Notes under the pieces: generated by a model
What the model was told of the DNA's origin: nothing
The model's input: the letters and a program-made list of their open reading frames with translations, nothing else
The model's database searches: none
Shown: positions 8,929-19,150 of the stretch, piece by piece
Numbering within the stretch: position 1 is the first letter of the stretch
Layout: the number at the start of each line of letters is the position of its first letter
Program-made: the position numbers and the translations under genes
Origin: Alphaproteobacteria bacterium
GTDB lineage: Bacteria > Pseudomonadota > Alphaproteobacteria > CAAHEQ01 > UBA3637
Direction: 5' to 3'
DNA length: 51,432 bases
Assembly (NCBI GenBank): GCA_017533325.1
Contig: JAFXIF010000033.1
Location: forward strand, 1 to 51,432

Positions 8929-11900
8929 ATGTTTACGCAACTTTTAAAAAATAAGAATTTTTTACCTTTATTTGCATCAAGATTTTTATCTGCCGTCAAT
9001 GAAGGGTTTATTCGAATTGTATTTTTGTTTTTTGTGACCTATAATTTAACAAAATCAAATCCCACCTTTATAATTATGGCGGTTCTTTTATATGCCTTAT
9101 CCTTTTGTTTTGCAACGATTTATATCGGTCAGATTTCAGATCGCTTTTCAAAGGCGCGGGTGTTAAGGTTTGTGCGCCTTGCGGAAATCGGTATTATGAG
9201 TTTGGCTTTAACAAGTATCTTTTTAGACTCCAGATTATTGTTAACATTTATTTTGGTTTTTATGGGCATGGTGAATGCTTGTTTAAGGGTTCTTGACAGT
9301 GCGATGGTTATGGAATTAACAAAGCCTGTTAAATATAATCAAGCCAATATCTTAATGAAAGTCGGGATTGTTTTTGCCAGTGCCTTTGCTTGTTTGTTGT
9401 TGACATCTATTTTAAAATTTGATGTGGCTTATTTCGTTGTTTGTTTTACAGGCTTAATCGCTTCAATTATCAGTTATTTAATCACATTGAAATTACCGAT
9501 CAACCCGCCGGCCGATCCGCAGTCTTCCTTGTTTCAAAACCCCTATAAAGTTTTTGGATATGTGGCCGGGCAAATTAAACACCAATTTGACACATGGGCT
9601 TATTTAGTCGGGATTGCTTGGTTTTGGATGATGTCTTCCGTGATGTTTTTCTTTTCGCCCGAATATGGAAGAAGCATTTTAAATGCCCGTTGGTCCGTAA
9701 TGGTCTTTTTGTATGCGGCTGTTTTTACAATCGGTTATATTTTGGGCGCTTTTCTTTATGCAAAATTGTCAAAGAAAAACAATATGGGCGTGTATACAAG
9801 CCTTGTCGGTCTTTTAATGTCAATGTTCTTGCTTAACTTTATTTTTGCAAGCAAGTCTTTGATTGGTGTTGATCATTCGGCGTTAACAGTTGCCAAAATG
9901 CTTGCGGGCGGATTTAATTATTGGTGTATTTTAATTGACACCTTTGTTTTTGGTGGGTTATCAGCTTTTTATATCATTCCGTTTTATACGTTATTACAAC
10001 GCAAAACACCGGCGCATATTTCCGGCCGTATGTTTGCTTTTTCAGGTATGGTTAATGCCTTAGCCGTTGTGGTGATGTTTATGTTTATGTTATCACTGAA
10101 CGCTTTGTCATTTGATGTGCTTGATGTCTTGTTGATTGTGGCGCTGGCAAATGTTTTGGTTGCCATTTATATGGTTCGCTTGTTGCCGCATGCCTCTCGC
10201 AAAAATGTGTTTAAATTTATTCTCTCCTTTTTGTTTAAAGTTAAGGTTGAAGGATTGGAAAACCTCGAAAAAGCCGGAAAAAAAGCTTTGATTATTCCTA
10301 ATCACATGTCTTATTTAGATGTGTTATTGATTTCAGCTTTTGTTGACAGGAAAATAACTTTTTCCGTCAGCGATCAATTAATTGAAAAGCCGATTGTTAA
10401 ATTTATGACGAATTTAACGGATGTTCGCCCCTTAGATCCGCAAAGCCCGTATGCTGTTAAGTATATGGCTGAACGCTTGCAAGAAGAAAGACTTTGCATG
10501 ATTATGACGGAAGGCTTAATTGAAGGCGGAAATTCGCGGATGAAAATTTATGAAGCGCCGGCAATGATGGCTGTTAAAGGGGGCGCACCGATTGTTCCGG
10601 TTCGCATTGATGGGGCTTCTTATACGTTCTTTTCCAGAGTGCGTGGCAAACGAAATCATTTTAAGCTTTTCCCAACGATTAAGATTACAATCAAAGAACC
10701 GGTTTCTTTTGAGTTCCAAGAGGGCTTAACAACAAGGGAAATTCGCGAAAAATCAAGTGCAAAACTGCATAAGATTTTATCCTTAATGTCATTTGAAAAC
10801 TTTGAAAAAGATTTGCCGATTTTTGAAGCGATTGCCAATGCCATGAAAATGGCCGGCCGTTTGAAACCTGTTTTGGAAGATACGGCCAGAAAACCGGTTA
10901 AATTTATGGGTGTTTTCTTAAAATCATTTGTTTTGGGGCGTTTGTTAAACAAAGCCTTGCCGGATGATAAATATGTCGGGTTAATGATACCGACTTCAAA
11001 TGCTTGCGCGTTAAGCTTTTTAGGGTTACATGCTTTTGGCAAAGTGCCGGCAATGATTAACTTTACATCCGGTCCGAAACAAGTGATTTCAACGTGCCAA
11101 ACTGTCGGCCTTAAACATATTGTAACGGCTAAAAAAGTTGTTTTAATGGCGAAACTTGAAGGGCTTATTTCAAAAGTTGAAGAAGCGGGCATCAAAGTTG
11201 TTTATTTGGAAGATTTGAAAGAAACGCTTACTTTTAAAGATAAAATGTTTGGTGTTTTTGGCGCCTTATTCCCGCATAAAGCATACAAAAAAAGCGTTCC
11301 TTCTCCGGTTAAATCAACAGATCCTGCCGTTATTTTGTTTACCTCCGGATCTGAAGGCATGCCAAAAGCCGTTTTCTTATCTCATACAAATATGATTGCA
11401 AACGGATATCAGGTTTTGGCCTCTTTTGATATTTATTCGACAGATGTGTTTTTAAACTGTTTACCTTTATTCCACTCGTTTGGTTTAGGGGCCGGAACGA
11501 TTTTACCGCTTATTGCCGGTGTTAAAACAGTTCTTTATCCGACTCCGTTGCATTATCGGATTATTCCGGAAATTTGCGCTTCTACAAAAGCAACGGTTTT
11601 CTTTGGAACGGATACCTTCCTTGCCGGATATGCAAAATGCGCAAATCCTTATGATTTCAACAGCTTGCGCATTGTTGCCGCTGGCGCTGAAAAGGTCAAA
11701 GACGAAACAAGAAAAATTTGGGCCGAAAAATTTGGTGTGCGTATTTTGGAAGGTTATGGGGCAACAGAGTGTTCTCCGTTTATTTCAGTTAACACCTTTT
11801 TGCATCAAAAGAAAGACTCTGTCGGCTTGCTTTTGCCGGGGATTGAATATAAATTAAAACCGGTTGAGGGCATCAAAGAAGGGCAAGAACTTTGGGTGAA

Positions 11901-12348
11901 AGGTCCGAATATCATGTTGGGTTATATGCGCCATACAGCGCCGTTAACAATGGAACCGCCAGAATCCGGTTGGTATGATACGGGAGATATTGTCAGTGTT
12001 GATGAACATGGGTTTGTTTCCATTAAGGGAAGATGTAAACGATTTGCCAAAATCGGCGGAGAAATGGTTTCATTACTTTCAGTTGAAATGGTAATTGAAA
12101 AACAATGGCCTGGGTTTATTTCAGGTGCCGTTAATATACCGGATCCGAAAAAAGGTGAAAAAATTGTGTTGATTACAACTTGTAAATCCATCACAAAAGA
12201 AGGTTTAATTGAAGCTTTCAAAGCCGCCGGTGTTACAGAACTTGGTTTACCGTCTCAAATTATTACCACCGATCAACCGCCACTTTTGGGCACAGGTAAA
12301 TTTGACTATGTTAAAGCCAAGGAAATGGCTCTTGAAAATGGAAAATAA
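8929..12348 (+). CDS. aas: Acyl-[ACP]--phospholipid O-acyltransferase (MFS/LplT + PlsC + acyl-ACP synthetase fusion)
   Basis: ~420 aa MFS-like TM region, HxxxxD motif (NHMSYLD), AMP-binding LFTSGSEGMPK, EGYGATE, WYDTGD and C-terminal GTGKFDY. Confidence 0.92.
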   Translation: MFTQLLKNKNFLPLFASRFLSAVNEGFIRIVFLFFVTYNLTKSNPTFIIMAVLLYALSFCFATIYIGQISDRFSKARVLRFVRLAEIGIMSLALTSIFLDSRLLLTFILVFMGMVNACLRVLDSAMVMELTKPVKYNQANILMKVGIVFASAFACLLLTSILKFDVAYFVVCFTGLIASIISYLITLKLPINPPADPQSSLFQNPYKVFGYVAGQIKHQFDTWAYLVGIAWFWMMSSVMFFFSPEYGRSILNARWSVMVFLYAAVFTIGYILGAFLYAKLSKKNNMGVYTSLVGLLMSMFLLNFIFASKSLIGVDHSALTVAKMLAGGFNYWCILIDTFVFGGLSAFYIIPFYTLLQRKTPAHISGRMFAFSGMVNALAVVVMFMFMLSLNALSFDVLDVLLIVALANVLVAIYMVRLLPHASRKNVFKFILSFLFKVKVEGLENLEKAGKKALIIPNHMSYLDVLLISAFVDRKITFSVSDQLIEKPIVKFMTNLTDVRPLDPQSPYAVKYMAERLQEERLCMIMTEGLIEGGNSRMKIYEAPAMMAVKGGAPIVPVRIDGASYTFFSRVRGKRNHFKLFPTIKITIKEPVSFEFQEGLTTREIREKSSAKLHKILSLMSFENFEKDLPIFEAIANAMKMAGRLKPVLEDTARKPVKFMGVFLKSFVLGRLLNKALPDDKYVGLMIPTSNACALSFLGLHAFGKVPAMINFTSGPKQVISTCQTVGLKHIVTAKKVVLMAKLEGLISKVEEAGIKVVYLEDLKETLTFKDKMFGVFGALFPHKAYKKSVPSPVKSTDPAVILFTSGSEGMPKAVFLSHTNMIANGYQVLASFDIYSTDVFLNCLPLFHSFGLGAGTILPLIAGVKTVLYPTPLHYRIIPEICASTKATVFFGTDTFLAGYAKCANPYDFNSLRIVAAGAEKVKDETRKIWAEKFGVRILEGYGATECSPFISVNTFLHQKKDSVGLLLPGIEYKLKPVEGIKEGQELWVKGPNIMLGYMRHTAPLTMEPPESGWYDTGDIVSVDEHGFVSIKGRCKRFAKIGGEMVSLLSVEMVIEKQWPGFISGAVNIPDPKKGEKIVLITTCKSITKEGLIEAFKAAGVTELGLPSQIITTDQPPLLGTGKFDYVKAKEMALENGK

Positions 12349-12381
12349 AACTCTTGTTTAAAACAAGAAAGGAATAAAAAA

Positions 12382-13377
12382 ATGAAAAAAATTGCAGTTA
12401 TTGGAGCAGGGGCATGGGGAACGGCATTGGCTATTACGGCGCATAATGCCAAAAACCAAGTTTCTTTATGGGCTTATGAAGAAGAGACCGTTAAAGAAAT
12501 CAATGAATCGCATCGAACAATTTATTTGCCTTCAGCGCATTTGCCGGACACTTTAAAGGCAACGAGCGATATGAAAGAAGCGTTAAGTGATGCTGATTTT
12601 GTTTTGTTTGCAACGCCGGCTCAATTCAATCGCTCTGTTTTTTCTCAAATGCTTCCTTATTTAAAGGATGAAACACCTGTTGTGCTTTGCGCAAAGGGAA
12701 TTGAATTGAAAACAGGGTTATTGCTCAGTGAAGTTGTTCATGAAATTAATCCGAATCAAACATTGGCCGTTCTTTCAGGGCCTGGATTTGCCGTTGAATT
12801 GGCGCGTCAATGCCCAACAGCGGTTACAATTGCTTCAAAAGATATTGCTTTGGCAAAAGAGCTTTGCTCTGTTTTGAAAACGGATTATTTCAGACCTTAT
12901 TCCTCTTGCGATATGATAACGCCACAAGTTTGCGGGGCTCTTAAAAATGTGATGGCTATTGCTTCAGGAATTTCTGATGGTTGTCAATTTGGCGATAACG
13001 CCAGAGCCGCCTTAATTACCAGAGGGTTGGCGGAAATGGCTCGTTTTGCCGTTATGCTTGGGGGGCAACGCGAATCTGTTGCCGGTTTAAGCGGTGTTGG
13101 CGATTTGATGCTGACGGCGAACTCTCATCAATCCAGAAATTATTCTTGCGGTTTTGAAATCGGGCAAGCGGGCTGGGCAAAACCTGTTCTTGAAAAGTCA
13201 ACGAAAACGGTGGAAGGTGTTGCAACGGCAGAATCTGTTTTAAAACGCGCAGGGGATTTGAAAATTGAAATGCCGATTTGTCAGGTTGTTGAGGAAATTA
13301 TTTATCATGAAAAACCAATCAAAGAGGCGCTTCTTGATTTATTAAACCGTCCTTTAAAAACGGAACAGGAGTTTTAG
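12382..13377 (+). CDS. gpsA: NAD(P)H-dependent glycerol-3-phosphate dehydrogenase
   Basis: GAGAWGTALA, AKGIE, LSGP, GALKNVMAIA, GDNARAALITRG, GDLMLT, SRN. Confidence 0.95.
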   Translation: MKKIAVIGAGAWGTALAITAHNAKNQVSLWAYEEETVKEINESHRTIYLPSAHLPDTLKATSDMKEALSDADFVLFATPAQFNRSVFSQMLPYLKDETPVVLCAKGIELKTGLLLSEVVHEINPNQTLAVLSGPGFAVELARQCPTAVTIASKDIALAKELCSVLKTDYFRPYSSCDMITPQVCGALKNVMAIASGISDGCQFGDNARAALITRGLAEMARFAVMLGGQRESVAGLSGVGDLMLTANSHQSRNYSCGFEIGQAGWAKPVLEKSTKTVEGVATAESVLKRAGDLKIEMPICQVVEEIIYHEKPIKEALLDLLNRPLKTEQEF

Positions 13378-14079
13378 ATGGCTCTTCCTACGCATGTTGG
13401 AATTATTATGGATGGAAATGGCAGGTGGGCTCAAAAAAGAGGGTTACCGCGAACAGCCGGACATAAAAAAGGAGCGGAAACTTTAAAAAAAGTTTTGAAA
13501 TATGCCCGTGAAAAAGGAATTAAAGTGGTGACTCTTTATGCCTTTTCATCTGAAAATTGGTCCAGACCGAAAGAAGAAGTTGATACCTTGATGAATTTAT
13601 TTCGCGAATATCTTAAAAATGATGTGAACGAATTGATTAAAGAGGGTGTGCGCATTTCATTTATAGGGCAAAGAGAGCGCTTTGATGCTGATTTAATTGA
13701 ACAAATGAATCACATTGAGGAAAAAACAAAAGAATTAACAAATTTTCATGTTGTTCTTGCGTTAAGCTATGGGGCGCGTGATGATATTTTAACGGCGGTT
13801 CAAAAATTGGCTCAAAAGGTTAAAGAAGGAGCTTTAGCGCCAAATGAAATTGACATGAGGCAAATTTCTTCTCATCTTTCAACTGCTCATATTCCGGACC
13901 CTGATTTAATTATCAGAACCAGCGGAGAACAAAGAATAAGTAATTTCTTGCTTTGGGAGCTTGCTTATTCCGAATTTTATTTTACGCCTGTTTTATGGCC
14001 GGATTTTAATGAAAAAGAGTTTGAAAAAGCCATAGAGGATTTTGAACTTCGGCATCGAAGATTTGGGAATGTGGTTTAA
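13378..14079 (+). CDS. uppS: Undecaprenyl diphosphate synthase (isoprenyl transferase)
   Basis: HVGIIMDGNGRWA, YAFSSENW, RTSGEQRISNFLLW, RRFG. Confidence 0.95.
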   Translation: MALPTHVGIIMDGNGRWAQKRGLPRTAGHKKGAETLKKVLKYAREKGIKVVTLYAFSSENWSRPKEEVDTLMNLFREYLKNDVNELIKEGVRISFIGQRERFDADLIEQMNHIEEKTKELTNFHVVLALSYGARDDILTAVQKLAQKVKEGALAPNEIDMRQISSHLSTAHIPDPDLIIRTSGEQRISNFLLWELAYSEFYFTPVLWPDFNEKEFEKAIEDFELRHRRFGNVV

Positions 14080-14112
14080 AAAAAAGAGCTATTTTTTATA
14101 GCTCTTTTTTTT
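14078..14112. terminator. Bidirectional terminator between uppS and DUF805 gene
   Basis: A-run + GAGCTAT-loop-ATAGCTC + T-run. Confidence 0.75.
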
Positions 14113-14123
14113 ATTCTTAGGTA

Positions 14124-15239
14124 TTAATCTTTTAATTTTAAAAGATTTTTTGTTCCCATAGGGCTTTTTTTCTCTATGGTTTCAGTATTTGAAACAGGCG
14201 CATTTTCATCCGGTAAAGAATTAATGAATTTTTCCATTTTTAAAATTTCAGCTTCAAATTCTTCATCAGAAAGTGTTTGAACCGGTTCCTCTATTGCGGT
14301 TGGGTTATAAATATTTAAGGATTGGGATGCCGGATTTGAAAGCATTTGAGGATATTTGATAAGTGTGAAAAATAATCCAAGACCGGTATATAAAATAACA
14401 TTCAAAACAAAGACAAGTATGGAAAGCCAAATAATCCTTGTTTTTGTTTGGGGTTTTTCGCCATATTTATTTTCCCCTTTTGTGCCGGGGCGGAATAAAT
14501 ACATTAATGTCCAAATAAAAGCAGTCATCCATAAAACACATACGATCGCAAATCCGCTTGAGAAGATAATTGGATTTTCCGTTGTACTCATTATAAATAA
14601 GGCAATAGGACCAATGACTATAAAACAAAGATAAGGCATGAAGGCGAAAAGACCTGATTTTGAAAAGTCATGAAATCGGCGAATAAGCAAGGTAATTGTA
14701 GCCGGAAGGGTCATAATTGCAAACACGGAAGAAAGAATAATCAAAATACGGCCTGTTAAAGTTTGTTCAGCAAAAAAATTGGGGCTGAAAAAGAAATCTA
14801 TTACCATGGCAATAATATTTAAAGCCAGAATAACAAAACTGTTAACAATCGGGAATAAGAATACTTCCGTTCGATTGGCGCGTCCTTTTGTTGAAAATAT
14901 TTTTTTCCATGTTGAAAAATAAAGGCTGAAAAACCCTTTCTTTTCGATTGAAACCGGTTCTTCTTTTATGGCCGGTTGGGTGGAAATTTCTTCTTGCACC
15001 GGTTGAGCGGTTTCGATTGTTTTTTCTGTTTCAATCGGGGTAACTGTTACAAGCTTTTCTTGGTTATTTGTTACCTTTTTTGCCAAAGTTTTGGGTGCAG
15101 TTCTTTTTTTTGAAGCTGTTTTTGCTGTTACCGGTTTCTTTTTTTTAGAAACGGCTTTCCCCTTTGTTATTTCCTTTTTTGTAGTGGTTTTTGTTTTTTT
15201 TAATTCTTCTTTTTTTGTTTGTTTTTTTTGCTCGCTCAT
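14124..15239 (-). CDS. DUF805 membrane protein with Lys/Thr-rich N-terminal tail
   Basis: KGRANRTE, LLIRRFHDFSKSG and PGTKGENKYG match the DUF805 pattern. About 100 aa low-complexity N-terminus; GAGGGG SD. Confidence 0.8.
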   Translation of the reverse strand: MSEQKKQTKKEELKKTKTTTKKEITKGKAVSKKKKPVTAKTASKKRTAPKTLAKKVTNNQEKLVTVTPIETEKTIETAQPVQEEISTQPAIKEEPVSIEKKGFFSLYFSTWKKIFSTKGRANRTEVFLFPIVNSFVILALNIIAMVIDFFFSPNFFAEQTLTGRILIILSSVFAIMTLPATITLLIRRFHDFSKSGLFAFMPYLCFIVIGPIALFIMSTTENPIIFSSGFAIVCVLWMTAFIWTLMYLFRPGTKGENKYGEKPQTKTRIIWLSILVFVLNVILYTGLGLFFTLIKYPQMLSNPASQSLNIYNPTAIEEPVQTLSDEEFEAEILKMEKFINSLPDENAPVSNTETIEKKSPMGTKNLLKLKD

Positions 15240-15307
15240 ATTTCCCTCTATTGAATAAAGTTATCCGGTTCAAGGATAATAAATAATCAAAAAAAAATCA
15301 AGACACT

Positions 15308-16315
15308 TTAATTAATTGTTTTTAAATAGGATCTATATTTAAAAAGGCAGACTTCTTTTTTGCATTTAATCTGTTGTTTTTGAATCAAGGGTAAAAGGGA
15401 TTTCTCTTTCATAATGAATAAAATATCCCCTTTTTTTGCGTTAAGGAAAAGGATTTCTTTTGGCGCGTTTAAAGAATATGAAAATTCCTTTTCTTCTTTT
15501 ATACTTTTAATGGACATATTAAATAAAAAATTTAATATATCATTGATTTTTATTTCATTTTCAAGCTCATTAAAAGAGGTGGAGGGCGAAATAAATTTTG
15601 TTTGATTTTGGGCGATTTCTCTTGGTTCATCAAATTTTATTTGTTTTAAAACCTTTCTTTTTTTAGGCGTAATCGGTTGTTTTTTTTCTTGCTTGAACGA
15701 GTGATTTATTTTTTCAATTTGGGTATCCCATATCTCGGATTTTAAAATTTTTTCTTCTTTTTTGGTTTGAGAAAGAATAAAAAAGAAAAGGCAAATGAAA
15801 AGGGAGCAAAAGAAAAAGAAGTGAGATTTTTTGATTTTTGGCGGTAAATAAGCAAAAGGTTGCCCATATAAGTTTTCATTTTTGTTGCCTTTTGAAAATA
15901 AAAAAATCAAAAATAAAAAAAGCTGAATCAAAAATAAAACAGATATAATTTCAATGATAATCCCGCCTAAAACAAGTTTTTCATTTAAGGCGTTTGGCGT
16001 AAAAGCTTTAAAGTTTAAAAACGGTAACAGCAAAAGAAATAATATAAAGGGAAGCAGGGTAAACCCTAAATTTTTATTGTGATCATGAATTCTTCGGACA
16101 AATAAGGCGGGAAGGGGAAGAAGAGGCAAAAAACAAAGAATAATTTGATATCCCGGTTTTAAATTTATAAATTGATATAACCCAAATAAAGAGATTTCAA
16201 TAAAAACAAGGAAAAATAAGTAAACAAGGATACTTTCTTTCGGTTCGCGACCGGAAAGAGAAAAACTTTTTTTGATTATTTCTTTAATCAGTTGAAAAAA
16301 TGAGATGTTGTTCAT
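15308..16315 (-). CDS. DUF805 membrane protein with C-terminal soluble extension
   Basis: SGREPKE, LFVRRIHDHNK and KGNKNENLYG with TM helices. Confidence 0.7.
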   Translation of the reverse strand: MNNISFFQLIKEIIKKSFSLSGREPKESILVYLFFLVFIEISLFGLYQFINLKPGYQIILCFLPLLPLPALFVRRIHDHNKNLGFTLLPFILFLLLLPFLNFKAFTPNALNEKLVLGGIIIEIISVLFLIQLFLFLIFLFSKGNKNENLYGQPFAYLPPKIKKSHFFFFCSLFICLFFFILSQTKKEEKILKSEIWDTQIEKINHSFKQEKKQPITPKKRKVLKQIKFDEPREIAQNQTKFISPSTSFNELENEIKINDILNFLFNMSIKSIKEEKEFSYSLNAPKEILFLNAKKGDILFIMKEKSLLPLIQKQQIKCKKEVCLFKYRSYLKTIN

Positions 16316-16354
16316 GAGTCGAGTGTTCTTTGAAGATTAAATTTTGGTGAAGGC

Positions 16355-19078
16355 TTAAAGTTCATATTGAGAATGAAAAAAAAGATTTTTTTGAACTTGA
16401 TAAGGCCCTAAAATATTTTTTGAAGTTATTTTTAAGGGCAAAAGATAGGTTTCAATATATCTTTGTTTGGATTTTAAAATATCTTTTTCATCAAATCCGA
16501 CAAAGAGGAATGGAGAAAGCGCCGGATGAATAAATTTTGGCAGATGAGATAAAGTTAAAAGATGAATGTTTTTGGAGTAATGAACCGTTTCAAGAGGTGT
16601 TTCTCTTAAATCAAGTTTTTTTATCTTAATATCGGCCGGTAAAGTTGTTATCTTTGTTTTTAAAGCTTTTAACTCATCAACTTTTATATCGCTGGGCAAA
16701 AAGCTGATATTTGTTTGTGATATATCCAGTTCTTTTGCTTTTAAATTTTTGGGTAATGATGAAATGTTTGTTTTCATAATATTGACACGCGTTGCAAAAA
16801 TATCTTCCGGTAATTTGAGAAGAGAACTGTTTTGCGCTTCTAAAATATCAAAAGTTACCCCTTTTGGGAGCAAATTTAATTTTTTATTGTTATTTATCAA
16901 GAGCCATTTATAATGCGTGACAGGAATATTTAAAAGCGATGTATTTGAAATATCAAGACATTGAACAGTTAAATGAGAAGGCAATCGCTTTAAATTATGG
17001 CAATTTTTCAAAATTAAAGTGCCAAGCGCTATCTCTTCATTTAAAAATTGTATCGGTGTGGTGCTTAAATCCAAATAGTCACTGACTTCAACATTTCTTA
17101 AATCTTTTATTTTGGTTCCTTTGGCAAAAAGTTCTTTTAATTTTAAATCGGGCAGTTTTTGAACATTTGTATCAATAATGGATAAAGACTCTGTTTCTAT
17201 ATCTTCAGGAATGAATTTTAAAGAAGGCGCATTGACAACAACCTCTTTTGCTTTAATGTTTTTGGGTAAAACAGTTAAATTTTTGCCGTTAAAGGTTAGT
17301 TTTTCGCTGATTTGAATATAAGGAGAGATTTCTTCTATATTTGAACAATTATTTAAGGTTAATGTTTTAGTTTTTAATCCGCGCGCATCAATAAATTTTA
17401 AATCACTTGTTTCCATGGTGACATAATTGGCCTGAACCCCGCTTAAATTTAAATTATGAGTTCCTTGCGCATAGATGATTTTGGTAAAAACATACGGCTG
17501 ATTATTCTGTTGAACAATATTATAATGATATTTATTTAAATTTAAAAATTGGCATAAATGAGTGGGATTATAAGGATCTGCGAAAAAATAGCTTTTATTT
17601 AAGTCTCCCATATAATAATTACCAACCGGTAAAAAAGAGCCGGTCGGATGAGAAAGGCTTAAATATTTTTGATTTAAGGCGTTTAAAAATTGAAAAAATG
17701 AAGTGTTTTGAAGACCGAATTGTTTATCTTGAAGATAAAGTCTTTGAGAGGAATTTGAAACAATCGGGGAAACAGTGTTGATGATTGGGTTAAAAAAATG
17801 ATAAAACTCTCTTCTTATTCTTTTTAAGTTTGAAGAGAAAGTCAGCTCTCGATCAATCGTTTTTAATTTTTCTTTATTTTCGCCTTGATAAAAAATATCC
17901 AAACGTTTTTCATGATTTTTTATTTCATTTTCACTTGCAAACGGTTTTAATAAAATTCTTGAAAGTTTTTTATAAGGATTTTTAGAATTGATTAAATAGC
18001 CAACAATACTCCCATATCCGATTTGATGAGAAAGATCGTGAGCATTTTCATTTTCATACGACATACAAGTTTCCCAATCGGTATATTCGCTGATTCTGGC
18101 AATATCTTTTGCATAAACGCTTAAAAGAATTAAATCTCCTTCATTTTGCTCATTTTGAATAGGCTCAAGCTGTTTAATTTGCATTTCGTGAATGGTTGTT
18201 TTTTTTGCTAACAAAAAATCCGAAATAAAGTCAAAGTAAGGCAAGGTTTCTTTATGTTGCAGGGCAGAGGCCTTTTTTATTAATGAAAACAAAGTGGGCG
18301 TGAGGTGTATATTTTTTTGATTTTTCTTTTTAAAAAAATATTTTAATTGCTTTTGCGCTTCAGCGGATAACATTTCATGAAGCTTAAAAAGGGATAAAAA
18401 AGCGTCTTTCTCTTGTAAAGAAAGCTGATTTAAAAAGTTTTTTAACTCAATAAGTTGTTGATAAAGCGTGTTTAAAAATTTTCCGATTTTAATTTCTTTA
18501 TTTAAAGAGTCGGAAACAAAATATTGATAAACGGCAAGTTCTTGATTTTTTTTGCCTTGTGTTTTTTTTATAACATTTTTTGTTTTTAATATGAGTTTAA
18601 TTTTTTCTGAATCAGGTAAATGATTGTTTAAAAAGTCAACACACTCTTGAATAGAGGATAAAAGAGTCGGTATTTTGTTGATTTTAATATAAACGCGTTG
18701 CCGTTCTTCAAAAAAAGATGGCCTTTGATAGTTATGAATCACGCGCTCAAATTCGCCTTTTAAAAGGATTTTTTTCTCTTGAATTTCTTTTTCTTGATAA
18801 CTTTCTTTCGTTGTTTGAATGAGCGTGTTTAACTCTTGAATCGTTTGAATGTTTTTTAATAAATGAAGGGTTTTTTCTTCATTAATATTATGTTTGGCAC
18901 AAAAAAGGAAAAAATGTTGTAACTTTTTTAAAAAGAGTGTCTTTTCTTTATCTGAGGGAAAAGAAGGAAGATGATTTATATAATCAAGCGCCTTTTTTTT
19001 GCAAAAAAGAACGTAATTTTGATAAATCTTTTTCGTTTCTTGTAAATTTAAAATTTGATGTGAAAGATATGATTGCAT
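16355..19078 (-). CDS. Large protein: unknown N-terminal domain (WETCM motif) + C-terminal leucine-rich repeats
   Basis: 907-aa ORF. ~20-aa LRR units (e.g. LDISQTNISFLPSDI, LDLRETPLETV) fill the C-terminal ~330 aa. The N-terminal motifs are shared with the upstream paralog. Confidence 0.8.
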   Translation of the reverse strand: MQSYLSHQILNLQETKKIYQNYVLFCKKKALDYINHLPSFPSDKEKTLFLKKLQHFFLFCAKHNINEEKTLHLLKNIQTIQELNTLIQTTKESYQEKEIQEKKILLKGEFERVIHNYQRPSFFEERQRVYIKINKIPTLLSSIQECVDFLNNHLPDSEKIKLILKTKNVIKKTQGKKNQELAVYQYFVSDSLNKEIKIGKFLNTLYQQLIELKNFLNQLSLQEKDAFLSLFKLHEMLSAEAQKQLKYFFKKKNQKNIHLTPTLFSLIKKASALQHKETLPYFDFISDFLLAKKTTIHEMQIKQLEPIQNEQNEGDLILLSVYAKDIARISEYTDWETCMSYENENAHDLSHQIGYGSIVGYLINSKNPYKKLSRILLKPFASENEIKNHEKRLDIFYQGENKEKLKTIDRELTFSSNLKRIRREFYHFFNPIINTVSPIVSNSSQRLYLQDKQFGLQNTSFFQFLNALNQKYLSLSHPTGSFLPVGNYYMGDLNKSYFFADPYNPTHLCQFLNLNKYHYNIVQQNNQPYVFTKIIYAQGTHNLNLSGVQANYVTMETSDLKFIDARGLKTKTLTLNNCSNIEEISPYIQISEKLTFNGKNLTVLPKNIKAKEVVVNAPSLKFIPEDIETESLSIIDTNVQKLPDLKLKELFAKGTKIKDLRNVEVSDYLDLSTTPIQFLNEEIALGTLILKNCHNLKRLPSHLTVQCLDISNTSLLNIPVTHYKWLLINNNKKLNLLPKGVTFDILEAQNSSLLKLPEDIFATRVNIMKTNISSLPKNLKAKELDISQTNISFLPSDIKVDELKALKTKITTLPADIKIKKLDLRETPLETVHYSKNIHLLTLSHLPKFIHPALSPFLFVGFDEKDILKSKQRYIETYLLPLKITSKNILGPYQVQKNLFFHSQYEL

Positions 19079-19150
19079 CGCTTGTCTTCTTTATTTTAAG
19101 CAAGCAAAATATCATTGTTTTAAGAAAAGTTCAATATTTTTTATAAAAAA

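Noticed and set aside
10656-11195. 179-aa antisense ORF inside aas, and the other short overlapping ORFs in the track
   Set aside because: Shadow ORFs of well-supported genes, with no motifs or SDs.
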